Shown one piece after another: positions 39,301 through 53,092 of a stretch of DNA of 64,000 nt. Made by a program: the position numbers and the translations under genes. Numbering within the stretch: position 1 is the first letter of the stretch; each line of letters starts with the position of its first letter. Below the pieces are notes generated by a model. That model did not search any database and was not told the DNA's origin. It saw only the letters and a list, made by a program, of their open reading frames with translations. The DNA comes from Lingula anatina (taxonomy: Eukaryota; Animalia; Brachiopoda). The stretch covers positions 10,354,001 to 10,418,000 of the forward strand of contig CM120641.1 of assembly GCA_051362555.1 (NCBI GenBank), read 5' to 3'.

Positions 39301-42300
39301 CAATGTCCAAACGTGTTAGTTCCTAAATATTTGCATGTGACAAATAAGATTGTGCTATGACATTAGATAATAATGAAATATATTCATCTTAAAACAATGA
39401 CAGGGCTTTTGATACTGTTACACAAGTTTATGCATGTGTGGTTAAAGCAGAAAGAAATCAACCGGATATTTCTTCGAGGTATTTATGCAGTAACGATAAA
39501 AACACCTTTAGGCGCCAATATTTATTAATTACAGTCACGCAAGGTTCTAATCTATTTTTAATAAATATTTCACGCTGAATTATCCTGCTAATAAGTTCAA
39601 TGTCATCTATATTAGCATGTTTTTGATAGTGGTCAAACAATAAAGATAGGTGCGTAAAGCGACGTCAAAACTTTCACAAGATAGCATATAACTTATTCTG
39701 TTGAATGGTAAATTCTTTTAATAAAAATATTCTACGGCCGACATGGTACATCATATTAAAAAAACTAACCTCATCATCCCGCCTCTTCGCTCGATTTTTC
39801 CTTACTACATTACTTACATTGCTTTTTGGTTTCTGAAACCGTTCTAAGTATGTCACTTTGATAAATTGTTCGTCAATGAAAACTTTGGAACGACACGAAA
39901 AAGCAATTTGACAATTGTTAAGCTTGAAACTAATGATTGTGAAGCTTTAGAACCTAAAACTGTTTATTTGCCCATTTTAGCCTTTTCCATTGCGCGTAGA
40001 TTATGACAAAGCTTAATTGAATTACAATGTTCGATTATAACTTTTTCATACGCTTTGGAAATGATTAATTGCCTTGGTTAACTCGTATTTGAAATATCTG
40101 TGCACGAGTCACGCTCGGGAATACAATAAAAAAGCTACACTTATTATGTGTTTGGTCACTTGTTTTAAGAAATGAAATTAGATCAGCAAAGGCTGATAAA
40201 ATAAGGTACGTGGTGCCCTTTTATTCGATTTGCCACCCAATATTTATAACGTGCACCATGCTGTGACTTATTGTTCATTTTGGCTTTGGTTTCTAGAATT
40301 AAAAAAAAAAACAGCAGCAAATAAGTTGTCATTACAATAGTCGACGTGTCGTGTCTTTTGCTTCCAAATAATGCTTAGATTTGGTTTTACGACTGTCGCT
40401 AATTTATATGAAAATAGATTTTCCGACGTCACACGCCCAATTTCTTCGCTACTCTTGTTACCCTATTAGGTTATCCAATACGCCACAGAGTATCTTGGTA
40501 GACCTATGTTGAGACTCCAATATAAGACACTTTCTGAGGAGTGTATGGTATTTTCTCTTTGTCAATCTTTGCTATTTTCTCATCAGGAAAGTGTAATGGT
40601 TTGTGGGAGTAAAGTACATAGTGACACTGGGCAATCAAATACAAAGTTGATAACAACGACCCCAAATACATATCAAGAACAAACTTAAAATGCTTGAGGA
40701 GTTTGTTTTTCTCTTCTCAGCCAGTTCCAATCTAATTCGATACTTAAATTATGGACGGCTCATGTAATTGCGTGAAAATCGATAACTAATCGAAAAATGT
40801 TGGTTTACTGAAGATTATCACCGTAATATATCACCTCTTATGGTCTGTTAATTAGCTTACAGAAACGAAAACGCAATAAAACAAGGGCGGAATTAGAATT
40901 TTCAGTTCTTCAAGTTAATTTCTAGTTAAGCGATCCACAACCTGGGTCAGCATCCTTTATTCCGTCGGAAACCTGGACTGATGAACGGAAACTTTGCTAT
41001 GAGACCTGTCCTCTCTGAATTCAATTTGCTCCAATACGTGTATGCATTCCCATTCATCTTTTATTAGGATTTGTATTACTGGCTGTGAGTACACTTAAGT
41101 TGATTTAAAAGAGTAGTTTTCAAGGGACTTTTTTTTGTCTGTCTGAGGGTTACTGTTAGTTTTTAAAAACACTTACAGGACATCAAAGAATCCCGCGAGA
41201 TATGGTATTTTTATCCCAAGCTGCCAATGCAAATGGCCGAGATAGTGTCTTCTTACAGTCGGTGTAATGTATCTTTCTCAGTATTTCCCATTACAACATT
41301 AATTTGATTTCCCATAATAGCAGAATGACATATTTCTGCAAGCTTTTCACAAGCAAATTATTTGTATTGTTATTTGGCACCTTTTACGTGCATTCTCCTT
41401 GCCACAGGCCAACGAGTGAAATCATTGTATGGATTTATTAAAACAGCTATCAATGTATACAGAAGCAATTGTTAGTGTATGGTTATTCAAAAATGAGTAC
41501 GCTAAAACGACTTTTAGCCCTTATGAATGCTTGTATATTAGTGCAATTGCAAACACTCTTATGGCAGAATACCCACTCGAGGTTCTTGTGCCTAGTCCCA
41601 CTACTGGTAACTAGACATACAAAGCATGGGTAGCTGCCAGGTAGCTATTTATGATTAAGATAGATCGATCCACTCAGTTTTTTATGATGCTTCCGGGGGC
41701 CATTGTCGAAACTCAATGATATCTTCCGGAAATGTTACAGAAAAACACGGCCTCAATGGCCCATTGATTTCTTTGTACATGAGAGCGTCGCCCGTACACG
41801 GCAACGCTAATACACTGGTAATCTACTACAGATAAATACTATATGTTGATAGATTGGTGATAAGACAGACAAACAGGCAGTCCTTAAATGTACATATAAT
41901 AGCTTGAAGAAACATTTGTAGAGTCTGAAGCAGAGCAGTTCCGTTCGTGCATGCTTGGCTTCTGTGAACATTTGTATAATTGGAACAGACGTAACCGGGT
42001 CAGAAAGAGAAACAACTCAATTTTGGCAAAGATTTTGGAATATTTAATGTGCTTGATTCTAATTTTGGGGCCTCAAGGTGCTTGTTGAAGTAATGCCAGC
42101 ACTATAACTACTTTCATTTATCTTATGTAACCCCATTTTAAAGTCCCTCCGCTGCAGAGATTTCTAATTACATTAAGAGATATAATACTATTTATTCTTG
42201 CAACTAAAATTTGGATTGCATATATACTATGTAAGAGCGACAGAAGTAAACAAAAATCCTTTATAAAATTATCCACTAAAACATAAAAGATTGATTCAGT

Positions 42301-45300
42301 GATCAAAATATATCAACTTCCCTAAAATAATTTAATCAACTTAGATTATACATTAAAGTTTGTAAGGGATAAATTTTTGCAGATCTAGCAGTTCGGAGTA
42401 TAGATCAAAAATTGTGTCTTTGGGTATACTAATGTTCTTTTCACTTTTGATAATAAATGGCTTAGCCTGTCCTTCTATACACACACTTTCAAGCATTTTA
42501 CGACTGAGTTCATTATGACTGCTTTGTACAGATACTTGATTTTCTAATTGTATAGTCTCAAGATAAGAGATTTTAAAAACATTTTCTGGTAGGATAAAAT
42601 TTTGGACTTTCCATTTAGTAAATCCAAATCAGGGTGCCACGCTTTCACGCCGTATTCTGGGCAGGTCTTAAAACAAACAGTAGATTTTCCCGAGGAGAAA
42701 AACACTCTCTTAGAATTCTCATAAAGTGTATTTGAGCTTTGGGACGTCGCTGTTCAACCGTGGCGTCTTTTTAAATTATGGTTTCCCAGTACCCCAAAAC
42801 AAAACAGCAGATGTGCTTGTGTTATACAAAGATATGAAGAATCCATCGATTTTGTTAGGTTTAGCTTTTGGGGAATTTCAAAAAAGCTATTGAGATTTCC
42901 TGGAATTCTCAGCGACCCATACTTGAAATCACTGGATTTCGTGATGCAATAGTCAACATGAAAACTGTACAAGCGAGATTTGCAAAAAAAGTTTCTCAAT
43001 TGTTTTACCGTCCAAGGAGTAGAATGGTACATAATAGAGTTATTGTTCCATGCTATCACTAGGATTAAAGATTAATCTAGGCAATTGAACAGAAATGATG
43101 CCAATACTTAAAAAACACACCATCCGCCAATCAACTAAACGGAATTACTTCTTCACACAGCATGCGTCATATAACATTTATAAGGGAGCTAGCGCACATT
43201 TACCTTTTTCTTAGGGCAAGCCCTTCCATTTTATCACTATCTATATATCGTAGGAAAGGACAACTGGACTTAATGTTGCGGATCTCAGTGAACTCCTACG
43301 GTAGAATTATGTTAATGACAGTCATATGTTTCAAACGGTCCGTTTAATGCAGACACCCCCCTTCCCAAGAGATTCACAGCTCTCTTGAGCAATCGATTCC
43401 AATGTGTAGATTAACAGCAGTTATTTCTTTTTTCATTTGATTAAAATCTTGCTCACGTCACCGACACACCAGTTGCCTGGTGTAACATTACAGTAAATAT
43501 TGAATCTTCCTTTGGATCGTCTTGTTGTCATAGAAAAAGAGTAAATGAAGGACACTCACTCGGTTATTCTAATGAAATTGTTGATAATGTAATTACTTTA
43601 AAACATGTGCCTTTGTTTCTCGTTGGTCTTTGTCTACCAGAAGAAAAATAATTGCTTTCTACAGTTATTACATAATGCGTCTTTCATGTAAAGTCATTTT
43701 TCTCCCAAGCACTTTTCAATCATACCAAAAGCATGGCATGCGATTTGCAATTTGTACACATTACTTCTCTCCCTAAATTTAAATGCAATCGACCACACAT
43801 GTTTGTAGAAAGACATAACCAAGAACATCCCCATAACAAGAAACAACATGTGTTAGAAAAACATAAACAGCATTTAAAAATCATGATACGGGAAATACAA
43901 TTCCCTCAGAAATATAGGTCTGTGCAATGACAATTACCTAACCAGAATGAACATTTGAACAAGACTTTACGTGAATTTATAAATGTCAAGGGAGAATGCT
44001 TCCGCATCACTGACTTCGGTTTTTGTATCAATTAAAACCATCCAGTGTACGAACCAAACAAAGTCCGATTGTTGCTTTAAATTTGCCTTCAGATCAGATC
44101 CCTTTGGAGTTAAGGGTTTGGTAAAATCACGTTTGCCAATAAATCAAGCATTCTGTCATCAGGTTGTACAAACCATAAATCTGTAAGTCCCCGGAGGTTT
44201 GTAGATGATTCCTTCTTGCAGCAGATGTCGAAGGAAGACATCGGTGTACAATACTTTCTGGACGATATCAATGGATCTAAAAAAAACCTGGGTACTAGCA
44301 AATAATCTTTTTAAAAAATCTCTAAAGCAAAGCATGTCTCAAGAATATGATATCTGGCAAAAACCGTGACAACGGGCAAAGACCTTAAAAACAGAATACA
44401 ACTGCCATAACGCCGAATGTACTTAAACGAGATTCATGCCACAGTAATAAATACATAAAAAGCGTTCGCCATTAATGCCACTCATCATGTCAAGGTAGCA
44501 TGTTTATGACGTTTAACGTTTACGTGCTCATTCACTGACATGATAAAACCGTTGACATATGCATCATCCTTTGGATAATCAATACCTTTAGTGTAAGGGC
44601 ACTGGTTCGTACGAGAGAAACAAGTCGCTGATATTCATTTCACCATTTATTACCAGAATAAAAAAAGTGATATATGGGGCAAAGTTGACCCAGAGGGTCA
44701 TGTGTAGCGCACAGAACCACACCAACCACATTTACTCATGTTCACTCACTCAAATGCAGTTTAAACCAACACGCAAGGGCGCGCACGCACGCACGCGCAG
44801 ATACAACGGTTACCAGGTTCTAATGGAATTAGTTATCTTTGAAATTAAGTTGTTGTAGAACTGCTATCAATTGTTTGCAAGTAATAAATTTGTGGATCTC
44901 TGTGGGTATAATACTTGTATACCTTGTCACATGGTAGTTATAAATATGAGTGCTTGGATCAATATAATCGCAAAGTGATCCATATAATCGCCTGGCAGAT
45001 CAGACAGATATACACACTTATTGTACAGTTGATGATATATGATTTCTCGGAAATGCTAGTCTTGTATATTTCTATTTTTGTGACAATCCGGAATAATGTC
45101 AACAAGAATACATTCGACTTAACTGGTTTGTGACTTTAATGGAGGTGACCAAATATATTTAAAATATTATTTGCCTTTGTCGTTAGAAAACAATTTTTGT
45201 TTCTGCCTTGAGATTATTTATAAGTTGTTATTGAAAGAACAAGTAAAGTAATCCCCATATTACAAATCCTATAGTGCTGACGGCAAAATATAACAAAAGG

Positions 45301-46324
45301 TTCGTCAAACGATATCATTCTATCAAAACTCCTTTCACATTGTCATTTCTTTTGTGTTTTTCAGTCTCATTGTGTTCGATGCCTGCATCTGTGCTTAGAT
45401 ATTAAAAAAACACGTTGTCAGGGATTTTGATATTGTTGTTTTCTTAATTATCCAATTTTCAAACAGAATATCAAAATAAGATGGAGTATCAATCTCAACA
45501 ACAACAAACTAATTCATCAAAAATCATTTCTGAGGCACAGTGGAAATCTCTGGTATCCTGTCCTGTGCACAGACATTTAAACCACTTAAGAATCAATTTG
45601 CTTGCCTGCTGAGCATTTTAGGCCTAAACCGATTTCATTTTATCTACCGATTCTGAACGCAGATATTCCTCTGTTTCTGTATAACAAAGAACCAGGTGCG
45701 AGCGTATATATGGCATTACGTGACTGTTGCTGAAATAAGAGCTCTATTTGCGGTTAAAAGACATGAACGGTAAGAGGCTTCATTGAATCATATTAATATC
45801 TATAATATACAGAATATAAAGTATTGACGTGCCTGACAACTTATTAACAGTTGATTAGCGGAGGTGTAGAAAAAACATTCAGCACGAGGCAACTGAAAGT
45901 AAAACAACGTTGATTGCATCTGCTTGGTGTGAGATTGGATGATAAATCACAATGAGATTTAAACGCACAGATCATTTGTGAATTCACTGTGTTTTAAGTC
46001 ATGGTTTATCTCAGAATATTCTGTCAGGAATAATGAAATAACTTACTGCTTCACATGTTAAAAACATATAAAGCACGGGTTGAATCTAACTTATTTGTAC
46101 ACACGACCGTACTGTATGAGCGTGATTTTGTTTCATATACTGCCAATAACACTGCTGTCACGTTCCCCATCTTCATCTTTCCTATTATCTCTCATCCATT
46201 CATCGGTCCATCAAACTAGGGCCGATTCGTATATCGATACATATGCTATATTCATTTGTACGTCATCCGACGTCTGTCCGTCCATCCTTCCACCCATCTC
46301 ACTCTTTTTCTCTCTATTTCTTGT

Positions 46325-46365
<41 letters not shown>

Positions 46366-49300
46366 TCAAGCTTTGTAAACTCACACAAATATACAGCCTC
46401 AGTCAAGTACGGAGCTTTGTTAGTATCATATTAACTTTTTTCTATTTTCATTTAAGTTTTATTTTATGGAATTTTCACCGCGGTGAAAATAATTTTCACC
46501 ACGGTGAAAATAATTTACACCGCGGTGAAAATAATTTACACCGCGGTGGGAATTAATTTTCACCGCGGTGGAAAATAATTTTCACCGCGGTGGTAATTCC
46601 TGGCCATCTCGGCCCGGGTGATGAATAGGTAATGAGAACCTTACATTTGCCAGATTCCGTCACGGTGCATGCTATTGTTACATACACACAAGGTTGGTGG
46701 ATCTGTTCGTGGTGCCACTGCCGTTAAATATATTTGTGATGTGTTTCTTAGATCTTATCTTAATAGATGTAATATCGGTTTCTTCGGAAAGGTTTCTTTC
46801 TACCAATATTCCCAATAATACACAAGTTATTATAAAGGGAAAAGCCACGTACAACATTGCAGCATTTCGGTGATTTTTAATCTATTCGAATACTGCCCGC
46901 TTCCTCCAGATTACTGGGATGATTGGCACATAGACGGTTAAACCGCGTGCATGTGCATGTGCTTGTCTTTATCAACGTCCTTTCCAGACATCTGGTAAAT
47001 GTTGGATTCGTATAACCTACATGTATGCATTACCCGGGCCAAGATGGCCAGGAATTACCACCGCGGTGAAAATTATTTTCCACCCCGGTGTAAATTATTT
47101 TCCACCGCGGTGTAGATTATTTTTCACCACGGTGAAAATAATTTTCACCGCGGTAGAAATAATTTTCACCTCGGTGAAAATTCCTTAACATAAAACTTAA
47201 ATGAAAATAAAAAAAGTTAATACGATACTAACAAAGCTCCGTAGTCAAGCTTTTTTTTTTCTTTATTACAGACAGCAGTTTTCTCCTAGCCAACGCTCAG
47301 ATTGTTGATTACCCCATTGTCTACTGCAATGAAGGTTTCTGTAAACTGTCGGGCTACACCCGGGCGGAGGTTATGCAGAAGAGCTGTAACTGTGCTTTCA
47401 TGCACGGTGAGCGGACAGACCCGGACACCGTTACCCAAATCCAGACGGCTCTGGAAGAATGGGAACAGATCCAAGTGGAAATACTGCTTTATAAAAAGAA
47501 CAGTAAGGTTCTTCTTGATGCCGATGAAAATATGTGGGAAACTATCGAACCAATTTTTTCGAACTTTGGTCTACTAAGTTTAAAATTGCAAATCTAATTA
47601 CGTCTTTCTGGTATCTCTGTAATGTTCAGACAATAATTCCCTTTTCCTATTGAACTAATTCAATATTTGCCAATCTATGACGTGTTTTGAATTTGATAGT
47701 CAATTTGTAACATTATTTCTGTGACCTCTAAACGTTTTTCTTTAGATCGTCACTCTCAGATACAACTATATTGCGAAAGGACAAAAATGATCAATCATGT
47801 TTTATTACGTCTTGACCATCTCCCTTATTCTTTAAGGGGGGCATGCACTGCTATCAGGGACACCACTTTGGCTCATGGAACACGTGGCACCTATCAAAAA
47901 TGAAAAGGACCAAGTTGTATTGTTTCTTTTGACATTCAAGGACATCACTGCTTTGAAACGACCCATATGCGAAGACGACGGAAAGGGTAAGTGCAGTGGA
48001 GATAGAAACTGTGGTGACATTTCTACGACAGCACAGTTAAAAGTATGGAAGGAAAGCAATCTTTCACGAGCTGTTTTCACCAGTTCACGCCTCATTGCCT
48101 TTGTGTAAGGATAGAAATGAATGTGAAACTTAGCAATGAAATTAGTTCTTTTCTGTACAAAAGTAAATTGAAAAAATACTGATTGAACATGAGGTGTTTA
48201 CGTCACCATCCTTCACGATGACATCTATGGGTGTCAAGGGACATATAAAACGCAAGTTATTTCATTTTGAGTGGTTATCGTAATTTATCCGAGACAAGTA
48301 GTTTCTTTACATTAATCGCTGACTAAATTACACAGCTTGGATACTGAATTCAATTTAATTTGAACGCCAAACGATAACAACATGCGCTGGTTGTGTTCTT
48401 TAAGAAAACTGGAAATGTTCGAACCCATGGATCATTTTAAAGCGATATCCTGTGGCAAAACGTAATCAAGTTTTTTTTAATTGATTTTAATGAAACACAT
48501 GTTGCATCTATTTTAGAGGAATCATAGGTTTAACACAGTTTGTCAATTATCAAAACGTACTGTCATATTTTTCAGGGTTGAGTAAGTTTGCCAGACTTGC
48601 TCGGTCAGTTACAAGAAATAAATCTGTTGTACTGCAGTATTCGAACCAGCTGCAAGCCCCTGCTACCACCTCGAAAATTCCTCAAGACAACAACAGACCC
48701 TTTTCTTTGGCGCACGTAAGTACTATCTTTCTTATTGTTTAAAATGATTCTTATGTTACAATCGTGGTTTCCGCAACAGGGGGTTGATGAAATGATCTGG
48801 CAGGGGTAAACATGTAGCTGCTCTATTTGATTGCAGTTTAGTTAGATCTACTTGTGCTATACTTGTGCAGATAACATTTTTCAAATTTTGTAACACACAC
48901 ACACACACACACACACTCAGAGAGAGAGAGAGAGAGAGAGTGTATAGTGATTTGTGTATAAATTCCAATTGTAGAGTTAACTATGACGCTTTTGTCCTTT
49001 AAACCCCGCGTTTGAAATAAAAAATCTAGTAAATATACATGAAGCAACAAGTAAAAGAGGTAAATACTTGTTGCAATAGTCGTGCGAAGACTGGTGATGT
49101 GAGGTTTAAAACAAGGTTCCAAACGACAGCAGTCTATTATTATTTTATTATTGATAAATCAAATGTAACATCGTCAAAAACAAAGTCCCCGTCCAATTCC
49201 AAAAACGCAAAAGCTTAAATGCCTCCCGAGACGCGTGTCTGATTCAAGGTACCGAAAAGCCGATTCATCATGTGGAATAATGAAATTATTGATGCGGTGT

Positions 49301-52300
49301 GCCAAGGTGTATAAGCTTAAGACACGTAACATTGGTTTGTCTGCTGTAAGTCAATACACACGGAAAAATCTTAGTTATCACTGTACACTTGTCAGTTACC
49401 ATGACAACTGCATGCAACGTCAGGCAAGGGATCAAACTGACAATGGTTGTTTAACCCACCATTTAAAGGCAATATGCCATTAAGTCATTGGTCTGGAAAT
49501 CTGTTCAAGTTTAAGGTCGCCTTATTAACGCTGGCAAACGTTGCGCCTCCCAGTCAACAAGAGATGGTTCAATAGTTAGTCTAGTTCAAGCCTCTGCCAC
49601 ATGTTTTGAACAATTGTTTAACATGAGAGCTGTAAGATTTTTCAGGGTTTTTTTATTAATCTTTCTTGTGCTAATATGATGAAAAGTATCCAACAGGACT
49701 CATTTTCATGGAAAATTGCCTGAGAAGCCCAAACGGATGAAAAATGATTTTTGGGGAGGGGGGATATTAGGAAAATGATTCTTTGAATTGGTTTGAATTG
49801 GCTTGTTATCCTACTCATTTTGGAATGTATTGTTATAAATGTTAAATTATAAAATTTAAATAAAATTGGGAATATGAACATTGTAAATAACCCATATTCA
49901 ACAAATTTAAGATTATTTCAATAAACAGTTGCTTTTCTAGAACTAGAATTTTCTACAATCGACTCGTAGTTTAAAATGGTTGCTGGACTGACCTGGTTTA
50001 CAAGTCACCCATGAAAAATTCTCAGAATATGAGGCTGGGATCCTAATAACTGTGTAATTTCACTTATAAATTTTCTACAAAGAGCTCTTATTTAAACCTC
50101 AAATCGTATATTTGTCAAAACAAACAAATTATTCCGATATCGATATTCCATAATAATCTGGAAACATTTAACTGTAGTTGACTAAAGTATGGAAGAAGGG
50201 GAGGATGAGGTCATTTATCAGAAATGAAACTGAGGCTATAATAGAAACGGCAGATAACTGGATGAAAAAATACCCCTTAATCCATATTTTGGATCTGTTT
50301 TTCCTAACAAGGGAAAATAACGTTACGTATTTCTTAAAAAGGAACAAAACACATACAACCAACAACGCAGTAAGTTTTATTTTGGATCTGTTGGATTCAG
50401 TCAGTCGAAATATTCAGTTTCAGACATAATGACTTAGCTGACTGTGTAATTTAGACTTGAGCACGACGTTCTGCAGAGCTTAATGCATCACTTGAATTAC
50501 TACAAAGGTGTGGATCAAAGTAATATTCAATTAAGTTTTGACTTATACTGGAAACAAATACACAAGTGATACGAGAACTTCATTTAATGGGAAGACTAGG
50601 TGTCACCTAAGCGCTTGATAATTTCGTCAACACAATAGATATTGCTGATGTTAATTTTGAAAATCAATATCTCTAATGGAAAGGCGTGCTACCGTTAATT
50701 CCTGGTAACTAAAACGTGGTTACTCTTGGTTTTCTTCCATTCAGTTTGAAAGTCGATTCCATACACCTCCAGCGAGTATGAAGGTAAATGGTTGCCAGAA
50801 ACGCAGGGTGTTCATATACACACCAAAAGGCATACATCGCTGCTGGGTTTACTGAGCCCATTATCTACCCATGTCACCGGAAGTTTCTTTACAGAGATGG
50901 AGAATTCCATTAGGCATCAAAAGAATGGAGATCGTTTTTAAAAAGTCTTTTGCATGACAGATTTCAATGCTTGACTTCAAAGAAAGCATTGCCTAATGAA
51001 CTCCGGAATACCTGCATTCTTTACTCTCCAGTGTCAACTTTCCGGTTTTTATCTGCTTTTGCTGGAACTTAAATATGACAGATAAATGGAGAAAATTATT
51101 GACTGTTCCCTTTAAACAATTTTGGTTAAATAGTGATTTATAATTCCTTTGTGTATGTGCTCCTTAGTCACACATAAGCTGTGTGTGTTTAGGCTCAGAC
51201 GACATCCCCTAGGAAATTACTGGGCAAATGTGTCAGTCTGCGTAACGTTCTGTGTTGATAAACGGGATATACTAATGGTGGATAAGTGAGTAATAACACA
51301 CTTCCCGTCATTTATAAATCATACCGCTTCTTGTTGTATTCCCTTGTTGTTTAGAAATAATTTTAATGTAGGGATATCCTTTCTCATTACTGCAAGGAAA
51401 CTTCAAGCTCCCAAAAATATATCGTTCATTTGTAAACCCCATATTTCCTTGTTACTTTCCGTTAATGATTTTTAATGAAAACATTCTTAACCGACATCGG
51501 TAAGAAGCCTCTTAGATGCATCTCGGGTTTCAGTCTTGGAGTCACCGCTAAATAAGCAATATCCCTTTTGTGGTGCAGTTATTGGAAACCGCACTGGAGA
51601 AGTGGTTGTGTTACAAAAACAAAAAAAAAAAAAAAAAACAAAAAAAAAACAAAAGCCGACACTCGAGATTGCGAAAAACGTAACAACAAATGTCTTCATA
51701 GTTACATTTATAAATCTCACATGATTTGTATTTTCCACGAGGCTTACTGCCTCGTGACCACGCAAATGTTCTGTTTCTTACTATTCATGCTGTGCTGGTA
51801 TTACTCTGCTTTCCACCATTATAATCATCCGTTTAATTAAAACAATACGTATCATTATGTTGACACGGTTAACCTATGCCCTATCATGTACAAACCGCAC
51901 TTTTCTTTTTTTTAACTTTCAGATAATGAACTTTAATGCTGACATCCTACCTCAATACCGCCAAGAAGCCCCCAAGACCCCACCACACATCATACTTCAC
52001 TACTGTGCATTCAAAGCCACTTGGGATTGGATTATTTTAATATTGACGTTCTACACGGCCGTAATGGTTCCTTATAACGTGGCATTTAGGAGTAAAACTA
52101 TGGACGGCGTGGGATTGCTCGTGGTGGACAGTATAGTGGATGTGGTGTTTTTCGTTGATATCATACTCAATTTCCATACAACATTTGTTGGCCCTGGGGG
52201 AGAAATAGTGTCCGATCCAAAAATAATACGAATGAACTATTTGAAAAGCTGGTTTGTTATAGATCTCCTCTCCTGTCTCCCGTATGATGTCTTTAATGCA

Positions 52301-53052
52301 TTCCAACACGTAGATGAAGTAAGTTGCCAGTTGGAAGTTTGGTTTGAAATAAGTGTAATGTAACAGAATATTTTTAATCGTTGATATTTCAATAATGAAA
52401 AACATTTCGCTTTTTTTTTAGATAATTGTAAAATCCATAGATTAATATCATAAACACGATGATTTGCAAACTTTAAATGTATTACAAAATACAAAACCCA
52501 TTCTAATATGTCCAGAAGTCGATTATATCAAACTTCACTTCCAGAGCATCAGCAGTATATTCAGTGCCTTAAAAGTGGTTCGCCTCCTTCGGTTGGGGCG
52601 GGTAGTTCGTAAATTGGACCACTACTTAGAATATGGAGCAGCAGTCCTGGTAATCTTGGTATTCTGCTTTGTCCTGGTGGCCCACTGGTTCGCCTGTCTC
52701 TGGTACAGTATAGGCATGACGGAGGTCCAGAGTGGCCTGGCTTTCGGATGGCTTCAGTTGTTGGCCAACAGAACCCAGCAGCCGTTCTATCAGACTAACT
52801 CTACCGGTGAGTTTGAGGGAGGACCGAGCAAAGATATGAGCTACGTCACTGCCCTGTATTTCACGCTGTCGTGCATGACCAGTGTTGGATTTGGCAATGT
52901 AGCAGCAAACACTATGCTGGAGAAAGGGTTTACCATCCTCATGATGATCGCTGGATGTAAGTATACGACCATAACTTGATATCAGAATAATTTAAGAGAC
53001 TCTTTTTTTCTCTTTTTAGAGAAAAAGTTATATCAACCAGTTCATATATCCC

Positions 53053-53092
<40 letters not shown>

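Noticed and set aside
46080-46556. 158-aa ORF
   Set aside because: It reads through a (TG)n microsatellite and the MITE arm.
46460-46600. Regular palindromic 21-bp units resembling CRISPR or REP sequences
   Set aside because: No spacers, and they are mirrored in the opposite TIR of the MITE.
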